Position numbers and translations under genes: made by a program. Below, one piece after another: positions 49,366-58,104 of a stretch of 64,000 nucleotides of DNA; the first letter of the stretch is position 1, and each line of letters opens with the position of its first letter. Origin of the DNA: Candidatus Latescibacterota bacterium (lineage in GTDB: Bacteria > Latescibacterota > UBA2968 > UBA8231); the NCBI GenBank assembly GCA_965204725.1, contig OZ242005.1, positions 2,336,001 to 2,400,000 of the forward strand, given 5' to 3'. The notes beneath the pieces are model-generated. The model did not search any database. It was not told where the DNA came from and worked only from the letters and a program-made list of their open reading frames with translations.

Positions 49366-52300
49366 TTACCGAGACATAACAAGGTATAACGAGGAACAGT
49401 TAGGGCGGGATACTGCCTCGCGCAAGACGCAGATCTCCATGTACTCCGACTCGACTCATTTTATATATGAGATTCTGCAAAATGCGGACGACTATAAAGC
49501 AAAGGAAGTGTTTTTCAAGCTCTCGGAAACGGAACTTTGGATTGAACACGATGGAGAGCCGTTTGCCAAGAAAAACGTCAAGGCGATCACTTACTTCGGC
49601 CAGAGCACAAGTCGAGAAGACCTTGTCAAGACAGGTCATTTTGGCGTCGGCTTCAAGTCAGTCTTCGCTTTCACGGCAACGCCGATTATCATTTCAGGCG
49701 ATGAACACTTTCAGATATACGGTCTGTACCGAGTCAAGGATCATCCCTATCCAGATGATTTCCCAAGTTCTCGCACCCGTATCATCCTTCCTTTCAACCA
49801 CGAATCCGAGAAACCGGATTATGTGGAAGACCTTATGTCGCGAGAAGATGCTTACTCGAAAATAAAAGAACGATTGACGAGTCTAAATAAAAACACACTG
49901 CTGTTCACACGAAACATTCGGGAGATTCGCTGGGAGACAAATGACGACTCAGGACACTATTCACGCGAAGACGATAAAAGCAATAATACCCGAATGACCA
50001 CGATTACCGACGGAGAACATGTAAAAAAATATCTTGTGTTCTCACGAAAGCCAAGATGGAACGACGAGGTGCATAAAACGGTGGATGTAGCCTTTGGTAT
50101 GGACGAGAAAGGAGCAATTGTGCCAGTGCCAGCAGAAGAGGATTTTCTCTACGTCCTCTTTGCGACAAAACAGGAAACCCATCTCAGATTTATACTAAAT
50201 GGCCCATATCGAACAAATCCAGCACGGGAAACCATCCCGGAAGATGATTCTTTCAACAGACATCTTATAGAGGAGACCTGTGATTTGGTAGAGAGTATGC
50301 TATTACAAATCCGAAAAAAGGGGCTTCTTACGACCAAATTTTTAGCCGTCCTTCCAAACAGAAAAGATAGGCTGGGGGATTTTTATAAACCAATCCTGAA
50401 CAGGCTAGTTGATCTATTCAAAAAAGAAAAGCTGACGCCGATGAAACGCGGGGGTCATGCCGCTGCATCAGGAATCTACCAATACCGAGGAAACAGGCAG
50501 TTATCTGCACTGATCAACGACAAAGATTTGGCAACAATTCTTGGAAAGGATCCATCTTTACCTCTATGGGTTGCCAATGCTCCACAACGACACCAAGAGT
50601 CAGATAATTTTCTGTCTTCACTCGGAATCCCTGAGTGGGATGAAGAAAAACTTGTAAGCGAGCTATCTGTCCAATCTGATTTGATACAGATATGGCTAAA
50701 GGACAAATCAGACAAATGGCATCAGGAATTTTATGCATTGCTCGGCGATTTCCTGTCGAATACCCCTTATTTATATAAAAATCGCAAGGATACGCTATCA
50801 GCTCTTCCTATCGTCCGACTCAGCGATGGCACCTATAAAAAGGGAGAGGACTGCTATTTCCCAAGCGACGCTGTGGAACACGATAAAATATTTCCTCGTG
50901 TCGCCAAAGGCGTCTATTCATCTGGAAAGAACAAGAACCAGCAGGAAAAAGCTCGCAAATTCCTTGGCGATGATATTGGTGTTAGTGAAGTTAAAGAAAG
51001 CGACCGAGTTAAGGCGATTTTGGATCAGCGGTACGTAAAAGGTACAATTAATCTCCGAAAGCGACATCATGAGAAAGATCTAAAAAGATTTATTAAACTT
51101 GTTGAGGACGAACCAAGTCAAGCAAATTTATTTAAGGATTACTTTATCTTTGAACTAGACAACAAGAACTGGGGAATGCCATGTGCCCGTGTTTTCGTAG
51201 ATCATCCTTATCTCGATACCGGATTGAGTGCCTACTATGAAGCTCTTGGCAGGAATTCAGATCGAAAACGGGCACTTCACCCGAAGTATAAAAAATATGG
51301 TATAGAGCCAAGAAGGATCGGGGGATTTGCCGAAGCGGTAGGTGCTCATATAAAGCTTGAGCCTCAACATCAACTGATTCCGAAAAGTCATCCTGAATAC
51401 AAGTATTTAATATCTGCACCAGGCGAAAGAAGGGGAAGTGAGAGAAATATAGATTATACAATTCCTGAATTTAAGGTTCTACTCAATAGACTCTGTATCG
51501 GTAAGGCTCGGCTGATTTGGAGAACGATGAATTCACTGTCTGCCTGTCATTTAGAAGCACGATATCAGAAAACTGAAAGGTGGGGATCTCGTGACGGAAA
51601 ATCTAGTCTTGTACATGATCTAATGAAGGCAGCATGGATGCCACAGAAAAATGGGGATTCTTTTCGTTTTGTACGCCCTTGTGATGCATCAGTTGATCTC
51701 CTTCCAGAAGAGTTTCCATACGAAAATGGAAAAAAGTGGCTCGAAACGGTTAAATTTGGGGAGAATGCCAAGAAAGCAAGCGAGGAATATAAAAAGCGCG
51801 AGGTATTACTATCTTCCCTACCTATTGATAAAGAAATAGTCGATTATGCAAGCGGACTCTCTCCAGAAGAACAGAAAGAGATGATGGAAGACCATAAGCG
51901 CAAGAAGGCACGATATAGTGATCAATCTACTCAGCAGGGAAATATTCCCTTCCATAAGGCCCTGTCCGATTCTTTTGTAGCATCCAGTAAGGACGCAATT
52001 GAAGATAACGTAGGCTTAGGCTACGGAGGTTCCGTTAAAAATTCTTCACGTCGCCGGGATAAAACTTCAAAAAGCATCGCTGCCGACATAAAGAAAGAAG
52101 GCGAGCAGGAAATACGCTCGTATTTTTCCGCAGTTAAAAAATGGAAGGGTAAAAACGACCAAGTCCGAGTAAACCTGATTGAATGGTACGGAGGCCAATG
52201 TCAAATTTGCGGCAAGACCTTTACTCAAAGCAACGGCGAGCCATACTTTGAAGGGCTGTACCTTGTGTCCTACACAACCGCCGGATGGGTTGACCGAGTT

Positions 52301-52549
52301 GGCAATGTTCTCTGCCTCTGTCCTTGGCATAGTGCAATGTTCCGGTTTGGCCCGAAAGAAGTTGACGAAGACATCATTCAGCAGATTTTACAGTTGAAAG
52401 TTCGGGCTGAAGGAGGCGATGGTCAGCTCGCAATCAAGTTGCGATTATGCGGCGAGAACGTCGAAATAAAATTTGAAGAGAGCCACCTTATCGATTTGCA
52501 AGAAATGGTCAAGCAATCTCAGGAGTTAGAACGTCCTTCGGTCGGTTGA
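49355..52549 (+). CDS. Sacsin/NOV-like GHKL ATPase with C-terminal HNH-like zinc domain
   Basis: HFIYEILQNADD, GHFGVGFKSVF, LNGPYRTNPARE; C-terminal YGGQCQICG...GNVLCLCPWH; low GC. Confidence 0.8.
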   Translation: MPSNYRDITRYNEEQLGRDTASRKTQISMYSDSTHFIYEILQNADDYKAKEVFFKLSETELWIEHDGEPFAKKNVKAITYFGQSTSREDLVKTGHFGVGFKSVFAFTATPIIISGDEHFQIYGLYRVKDHPYPDDFPSSRTRIILPFNHESEKPDYVEDLMSREDAYSKIKERLTSLNKNTLLFTRNIREIRWETNDDSGHYSREDDKSNNTRMTTITDGEHVKKYLVFSRKPRWNDEVHKTVDVAFGMDEKGAIVPVPAEEDFLYVLFATKQETHLRFILNGPYRTNPARETIPEDDSFNRHLIEETCDLVESMLLQIRKKGLLTTKFLAVLPNRKDRLGDFYKPILNRLVDLFKKEKLTPMKRGGHAAASGIYQYRGNRQLSALINDKDLATILGKDPSLPLWVANAPQRHQESDNFLSSLGIPEWDEEKLVSELSVQSDLIQIWLKDKSDKWHQEFYALLGDFLSNTPYLYKNRKDTLSALPIVRLSDGTYKKGEDCYFPSDAVEHDKIFPRVAKGVYSSGKNKNQQEKARKFLGDDIGVSEVKESDRVKAILDQRYVKGTINLRKRHHEKDLKRFIKLVEDEPSQANLFKDYFIFELDNKNWGMPCARVFVDHPYLDTGLSAYYEALGRNSDRKRALHPKYKKYGIEPRRIGGFAEAVGAHIKLEPQHQLIPKSHPEYKYLISAPGERRGSERNIDYTIPEFKVLLNRLCIGKARLIWRTMNSLSACHLEARYQKTERWGSRDGKSSLVHDLMKAAWMPQKNGDSFRFVRPCDASVDLLPEEFPYENGKKWLETVKFGENAKKASEEYKKREVLLSSLPIDKEIVDYASGLSPEEQKEMMEDHKRKKARYSDQSTQQGNIPFHKALSDSFVASSKDAIEDNVGLGYGGSVKNSSRRRDKTSKSIAADIKKEGEQEIRSYFSAVKKWKGKNDQVRVNLIEWYGGQCQICGKTFTQSNGEPYFEGLYLVSYTTAGWVDRVGNVLCLCPWHSAMFRFGPKEVDEDIIQQILQLKVRAEGGDGQLAIKLRLCGENVEIKFEESHLIDLQEMVKQSQELERPSVG

Positions 52550-52635
52550 ACGAATAGTTTGGTATCCTAACCGTCCAGCCAATTCGCACCGACGAGAAAA
52601 CCGTTTACCCGAGAGAGGAAGAATTTGGTCGGACA

Positions 52636-52754
52636 TATAGCCATCCTACATCATTCAAGACTGGATTCCCGCTTTCGCGGGAATGACGCCTGATATGCAA
52701 AAAAGACCATGCCGATCAACATTCCATGCTTTCGAGTCATTTAGGACGGCCATA
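52636..52754 (-). mobile_element. MITE-like element with one REP palindrome
   Basis: TATAGCCATCCTACATCATTCA ... ATGCTTTCGAGTCATTTAGGACGGCCATA; internal CTGGATTCCCGCTTTCGCGGGAATGAC at 52661-52687. Confidence 0.7.
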
Positions 52755-52778
52755 TCAGCCCCTGTACCGTGCGTCGTC

Positions 52779-53930
52779 CTATTTTGCATCGGCGATAAAG
52801 TCGAGATAATTCCCAGAATGGACGACCTCAAACGAACTGTCGCTATATGCTTGACGCCAGCCGCGGGGGACCCGGGCGGAGGATTGAGGCGACCACTTCA
52901 TTTCAGCGGCGCGCAGACGCCCGCCCCACTCCTCGATCAAGTCGATCTCCTGCTGGTCGTAGGTGCGCCAGAAGTGGCTCTCGGCCAAGCGCCCCGTGTA
53001 TAGGTTGTACTTCAGCCGCTCAACCAAGACATAGTTCTCCCACAAGGCCCCCACATCGTCGCGCAGCGACAAGGCATTGAAGTTGTTGATCAGCCCGTTC
53101 CTGACGCCATTGTCGTAAAAATAGTACCGCCGGCTCTTGGTAATTTCCTTGCGGAGATTGCGGCTGAAGCCGCGGCGGCTATAGAGGATATAGGCTTTTT
53201 CGAGCAGGTCGAGATAGCGCTCCACCGTGTTTTTGTTCATGCCGAGTTGGGTGCCCAATTCCGCCACGGAAACCTCGCGGCCAATCTGAAAGGCCAGCAA
53301 CTGGAGCAAGCGGAGCAGTTTGTCGGCGTGGCGAATGCCCTCCAACTGTAGAATGTCTTTGAACAGATAGGAAGCGATTAGTTCCTTTATATAAAGCTGG
53401 CGGTCTTCATGCGACTCCATGAGGACGACTTCGGGATACGACCCGTAGATCAACCGCAGTTCGAGCTGGGCCTTCGTCTGGTGCGCGGTCTCCACCTCCT
53501 GTAGTTCGAGCTGGGCCAAGGGCAACAGCAGCAGGGTGTATTTGCGGCCGGTCAAAGGCTCGCCCGTCTGCTGCGCTAGATCAAAGGACGACGAACCCGT
53601 GGCGATAATGCGCAGCCCTGCGACGTGGTCGGCTAACAGCTTCAAATTCAGGCCGATTTGCCGCACGTACTGGGCTTCGTCGATAATCAACGTACGCCGC
53701 TGGCCGATAAAGGCTCGCAATTTGACGAGGGATTGACTTTCCAAATAGTCGCGTACCGTTATATCTTCCCCGGTCACCAAGAGGACGTCGCGGTCGTGCT
53801 GTTGGACGTACTGCTGGATCAAGGTGGTCTTGCCCACTCGCCTAGGACCGTACACCACGACCACTTTACCGGGGCGAGCCAAGCGCTTGAGGCGAGTGAG
53901 TTGTGCTTGGGGAATGTAAATATCGGACAT
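52779..53930 (-). CDS. AAA_14 ATPase with DUF4143 domain
   Basis: YGPRRVGKTT, IIDEAQ, ATGSSSF, LTGRK, YFYDNG, EIDLIEE...AEMKW. Confidence 0.88.
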   Translation of the reverse strand: MSDIYIPQAQLTRLKRLARPGKVVVVYGPRRVGKTTLIQQYVQQHDRDVLLVTGEDITVRDYLESQSLVKLRAFIGQRRTLIIDEAQYVRQIGLNLKLLADHVAGLRIIATGSSSFDLAQQTGEPLTGRKYTLLLLPLAQLELQEVETAHQTKAQLELRLIYGSYPEVVLMESHEDRQLYIKELIASYLFKDILQLEGIRHADKLLRLLQLLAFQIGREVSVAELGTQLGMNKNTVERYLDLLEKAYILYSRRGFSRNLRKEITKSRRYYFYDNGVRNGLINNFNALSLRDDVGALWENYVLVERLKYNLYTGRLAESHFWRTYDQQEIDLIEEWGGRLRAAEMKWSPQSSARVPRGWRQAYSDSSFEVVHSGNYLDFIADAK

Positions 53931-53933
53931 AGT

Positions 53934-53963
53934 ACTGACTAAATTAACGTTAATTCAGTCAGT
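53934..53963. promoter_or_regulatory. 30-bp near-perfect palindrome (putative operator)
   Basis: ACTGACTAAATTAACGTTAATTCAGTCAGT, in the 64-bp divergent intergenic gap. Confidence 0.55.
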
Positions 53964-53994
53964 TACAAGTCCACAAGAACAAAGTGAGCATCCG

Positions 53995-54750
53995 ATGGAA
54001 CTAGAAATAACCGCCCGGCACCGCGAACAGTACGAGCGCGATGGCTATGCGATCGTCCGCGGCGGCTTTACCGCCGACGAGTGCGACCGCTTTGTCGCCT
54101 ACATGCTGGACCTCCACGCTGGCCGCTTCAGCGTCGAGGGCTATCCCCCGCGCCAGCCAGACGATTGGAGCCGCCTCATCAGCCGCAGCCTGCACCATCC
54201 GGCCGGCCTCGCGTGGATGCTCAGTCCGCGGCTGCGCCAGCCGTTGCGCACCTTCCTCGGCGACGAGCCCGATGGCGTCCAGAGCATGTACTTTTACAAG
54301 GGCTCCGAACAACGCCGGCACCAAGACGCCTTTTTCCTGCCGGGCTGCATGGGGGTTTGGGTCGCTCTCCAGCCAGTCAGTGCCCGCAACGGCAGCATTC
54401 ACATTCAGGTGGGCTCCCACAAGGGTGCCCTAATAGAAAAGCGTCACTTCCGCCGCGATGAGACCGGCGAGCAAGGCCCTTGGTATGGCTGGGATCAGGA
54501 CGAGGCTTTTGACGCCCTTTTCGCGCGCAACGGGTTGCCGGAAATCGCCATTGAAGCGGCCAAAGGCGACATCGTGTTCTTCAACGGCCGCTTAATTCAC
54601 CGCGGCGGCCCCATTCTGGACGAGGGTGCTTTCCGCCACAGTTGGGCCGGGCACTACATTCCCCGCTCCTACAATCCGTGGCCCTACGAGAGCCACCCCC
54701 GCTTGCGCGTCTCCTTTGACGGCGCGTGCCGCTTTACGCCCACACACTGA
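53995..54750 (+). CDS. Phytanoyl-CoA dioxygenase (PhyH) family protein
   Basis: YERDGYAIVR, HQDAFF, NGSIHIQVGSH, LIHRGG. Confidence 0.88.
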   Translation: MELEITARHREQYERDGYAIVRGGFTADECDRFVAYMLDLHAGRFSVEGYPPRQPDDWSRLISRSLHHPAGLAWMLSPRLRQPLRTFLGDEPDGVQSMYFYKGSEQRRHQDAFFLPGCMGVWVALQPVSARNGSIHIQVGSHKGALIEKRHFRRDETGEQGPWYGWDQDEAFDALFARNGLPEIAIEAAKGDIVFFNGRLIHRGGPILDEGAFRHSWAGHYIPRSYNPWPYESHPRLRVSFDGACRFTPTH

Positions 54751-54779
54751 GATACCCCAAGGCGAGGAGGAGGTTGACC

Positions 54780-56150
54780 ATGAAGCTGTGGATGGATGTA
54801 ATGCGCGATCTCGAAAGCGTGATGAACGATCACGAGCGCATCCTCGATGCGTGGGCCGAGGGCGGCGTCGACGGAGTCGTGTTCGGTCCACTCGTTTTCG
54901 GCGCGGCAAAACTGTCGCAACATGCCGTGGCCGCTCCCAGCGACGCCATCGTCGCAGAGGCGTACGATCCGAACCCGGCGGTGTACGCACGACTCGGGGT
55001 TGAGCCGCCGCCCCCGCCGGACCAGAAGCTGCCGGAAAAAAGGGCCTTGCTAGCAAAGACGATGCACGCCGCCAAGGAACGCGGCATGCAGGTGTACTGC
55101 ATGTACGCCGATGGGGGCGCCGGTCCAGGCGGTCCAGGCCACCCCCTGCACGACGACAAGACGCTGGCGTCGCGGGTGGCGCGCATGGTTGACGCGCTAG
55201 AGCACTTCCCAATGGCGGATGGGGCCGTAATGGACGGGCCGGAGTGGGGGTACGAAATCGCCCCCCATCACATGAATCACCGCTCCTACTTCTTCCACGA
55301 CCTGCCCGAATCGGTGGCACCGATGGCCGAGGAGCTAGGGTACGACTACGAGGCCATGGTCGCCGCGAAAGACCGGCTCTTATCTCGGTTGCACAACCTC
55401 GACCCGGCGCGCATCCGCGCCCATGCCAGCGGCGGCCTAGTGGGTGCCTACCGCATGCTCGGCGCCGACCCCGACTTGATGGCTTGGCTGTCGTTCCGGG
55501 TCGCCTCCCTGACTCGCTATTTTCGCCGCATCCGCGCCGGCGTGGCCGCGGAGTTGGCGCGTCCGGTGCGCCTCGGCTGCGGCCCGCGCTCGGCCGCCTT
55601 CGCTCCCTTGTGTGGGTACGACTTCGTCGACCTAGCCCAGTTCATGGATTTTCTGCTGCCAAAGCACTACTTCTTTCACCGCGGCTTCGACGGCTTCCTC
55701 GGCACGGTCTATCGCTATTCGCAGACGCTCTTGGAGTGGAATGCGGGGATCAGCGTGGCCGACACCCTCCGGGTAGTGGAAGCGCTCTTCGGCATCGTCC
55801 TACCGGGCGTGGCCGACGACCTGCTCGATTTTGAGGGGGCCCTCAACCCAGAGTTTTTCGAGCAGGTGGTAACGCAGGAGACGCGACGAGCGCTGGCCTC
55901 GGTTGACGACCCGGAGCGCATCGTCCCTTGGCTCGACACCGGTCGCTTTCCCCACGACGGCGACCCCATGTCGGCCCGCGACCTCAAGATGTTGCTCAAC
56001 GCCGCTGAAGCCGCAGGGCTGAGGCGCTTTAACTACCACCACCAAGGGAACCTCAGTCGCGGGGAATGGCTGGTCATCAGCGACAAATGCGGAACCCGCT
56101 GGGACCCGCGCCAGAGCGACTACGAGCCGCCGGACGAACTGGTGTTGTAG
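54780..56150 (+). CDS. Hypothetical protein, possible glycoside-hydrolase-like TIM barrel
   Basis: Long ORF with strong SD (GAGGAGG); DGAVMDGPEWGY motif; fold assignment tentative. Confidence 0.6.
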   Translation: MKLWMDVMRDLESVMNDHERILDAWAEGGVDGVVFGPLVFGAAKLSQHAVAAPSDAIVAEAYDPNPAVYARLGVEPPPPPDQKLPEKRALLAKTMHAAKERGMQVYCMYADGGAGPGGPGHPLHDDKTLASRVARMVDALEHFPMADGAVMDGPEWGYEIAPHHMNHRSYFFHDLPESVAPMAEELGYDYEAMVAAKDRLLSRLHNLDPARIRAHASGGLVGAYRMLGADPDLMAWLSFRVASLTRYFRRIRAGVAAELARPVRLGCGPRSAAFAPLCGYDFVDLAQFMDFLLPKHYFFHRGFDGFLGTVYRYSQTLLEWNAGISVADTLRVVEALFGIVLPGVADDLLDFEGALNPEFFEQVVTQETRRALASVDDPERIVPWLDTGRFPHDGDPMSARDLKMLLNAAEAAGLRRFNYHHQGNLSRGEWLVISDKCGTRWDPRQSDYEPPDELVL

Positions 56151-56151
56151 T

Positions 56152-58092
56152 TCACAAGTACCCCAAGACATTCCCCGTCATCCCTGTGAAGTAGTCGATT
56201 ACCAGCCACATACCTGCCACCACTACTTGGCCTAAGATCAGCCCTAAAAAGAAGGGCCGAGTCCGGCTGTAGGCCGCAGAGCCGCCGTACTTGAGCACGA
56301 TAGTCTTGAACAGCCAAGCCAAAAAGATGCTAAACCACACCCAGTTCATAATGTAGAATGTGCCGGTGGCGAATCCCAAAGGATGGATCGGCCACCACAC
56401 AAAGCGGTAGCGAATATAGGTGAACAGACTCATCAAGAGGGCACCCAGTCCCGTGAAGGCCCAGCCTGCTAGACTGGCCGGTACGGGGCTGTCGAACTTG
56501 GGGGCGATATAGGTGAAAGCCATCTGCGGAACGAAGATGAAGAAGAAATTGTGCAGGTTGATGCCGCCGTGAGCATACGCCATTTCCATCACCAGATAGA
56601 TGGAACTGGACAAAGTGAGGACAATGGCGAGCAATACAGCCCAGAGCAGCCTCCTTTTGCGGCCTTTTATCTCTTCGGCCAATTTGAGGGCATTGGCAAA
56701 GCAAGCCATGAAGAAAATGCGCACATTGGCAATCCATACGTACGTGAAGGCCACGCCGATCAAGCCGGAGGCCCCCAAGGCGGTCGTCCCTAGGCCAGAA
56801 ATGGTGAAATCAGCCGGGGTAATGGGCGTCCGCAGCACAGAAATCCCTCCTTCAACCACCGCCCGAGTAAGCGCGATGAGGACGACCGCTACCCCGAAGA
56901 GAAACACCAAGACGATCCACAGCGGGATGCCCGACTTCCACAACCACCCGATCATCACCGCTAGGCCGACCACCAAGCCCAATACGGCACTGCGGTAGGA
57001 CAAGACCTCCTCGGAATCGTCAATGCGGGCATCCCCTCGCAACGCCTTGACAAAGACAGCGCGCAAGTGCCCGCGCCCCAGCCACAGCCCGGAGAGCACC
57101 AGCACGATCATGGCCCCCATGGCTTGGTGGGCCATGTGCGGCCCGACTAGGTTGGCGAAACGGCTCAGGTTTTCCGCACTGTAGATGCCCAGCACATTGA
57201 AGACCCCCCGCTGTAGCGAGGATAGCAAAAAGAAAAACCAGAACCCCAAGGCAACATCCCGGCTCAATAGGTAGGCAAAGCCGATCAGCGCTAGGTTCAT
57301 ATCTAGGCGCAGGTACGTAGTGCCGCGAAAGAGATGGAAGTCGGTCGAGGTGGTGATGCGGGGCACGAACTCGTAGTAGCTATGCAGGGCATTGACATGG
57401 CCGATGAGGAAGGGAATGATAAACCCCAGCCACATCGCCGGATTGGAGAAAAAGGGGGCTAGCAGCGTCGGTCTCCCATCGTCATCGTCCTGAATCATCT
57501 CTAGGGGAACTTGGGCCAAGGGATAGAGCAGTTTTTCGCTTTCCATCCACTGGCGGCGCACGATCACCATGGCGCAGATGGATACCCAGTAGAAGGCGAG
57601 GATGAACAGGCACCAGTAAGCCAAGGGCTCGAACCAAGCACTCCAAGGCAGCGGCTGCCCCTCGGGTAGCCCTTCGTAGAAATAGCGAATGGCGTCGGGA
57701 TCTTGGGGGACCATCCATTCGGGCACATGGGGATGAATCAAGTGCGCCCAGTTGTTTTCAGGGGTGGCAAAGTAGTACAGCCCCGTGATGATGGGCAGGA
57801 CGTATTCGGTAAAGCCGATGGTGGGGATGGAAGTAGCTACCATCGCCATGATATAGACCACGGCCAATTCCCCTCGGGACAGGGCCAAGCCCCGGTGCAA
57901 CAGGTGCAACAGCGGATTGAGAAAGAGGACGAGGACGAAGAAGATAAAGAGGGCGACCGGAGTGCTGAAGTTGTGTGCTAGTACCGTCCCCTTGATGACC
58001 ATATTGGAATAGGGTACGGCAATGCCGATGAAGACCGAGGAGCCGCCGCCGATTAGCAGGGCTTTGAAGGTGACGCCGCCCGAGTTTCTCAC
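56152..58092 (-). CDS. Large polytopic membrane protein (DUF6785/DUF6784-like, OPT-superfamily-like)
   Basis: Many TM segments; RRQWMESEKLLYPLAQVP, WWPIHPLGF, RPFFLGLILG. Confidence 0.7.
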   Translation of the reverse strand: MRNSGGVTFKALLIGGGSSVFIGIAVPYSNMVIKGTVLAHNFSTPVALFIFFVLVLFLNPLLHLLHRGLALSRGELAVVYIMAMVATSIPTIGFTEYVLPIITGLYYFATPENNWAHLIHPHVPEWMVPQDPDAIRYFYEGLPEGQPLPWSAWFEPLAYWCLFILAFYWVSICAMVIVRRQWMESEKLLYPLAQVPLEMIQDDDDGRPTLLAPFFSNPAMWLGFIIPFLIGHVNALHSYYEFVPRITTSTDFHLFRGTTYLRLDMNLALIGFAYLLSRDVALGFWFFFLLSSLQRGVFNVLGIYSAENLSRFANLVGPHMAHQAMGAMIVLVLSGLWLGRGHLRAVFVKALRGDARIDDSEEVLSYRSAVLGLVVGLAVMIGWLWKSGIPLWIVLVFLFGVAVVLIALTRAVVEGGISVLRTPITPADFTISGLGTTALGASGLIGVAFTYVWIANVRIFFMACFANALKLAEEIKGRKRRLLWAVLLAIVLTLSSSIYLVMEMAYAHGGINLHNFFFIFVPQMAFTYIAPKFDSPVPASLAGWAFTGLGALLMSLFTYIRYRFVWWPIHPLGFATGTFYIMNWVWFSIFLAWLFKTIVLKYGGSAAYSRTRPFFLGLILGQVVVAGMWLVIDYFTGMTGNVLGYL

Positions 58093-58104
58093 CTCAGTTG
58101 CTAT

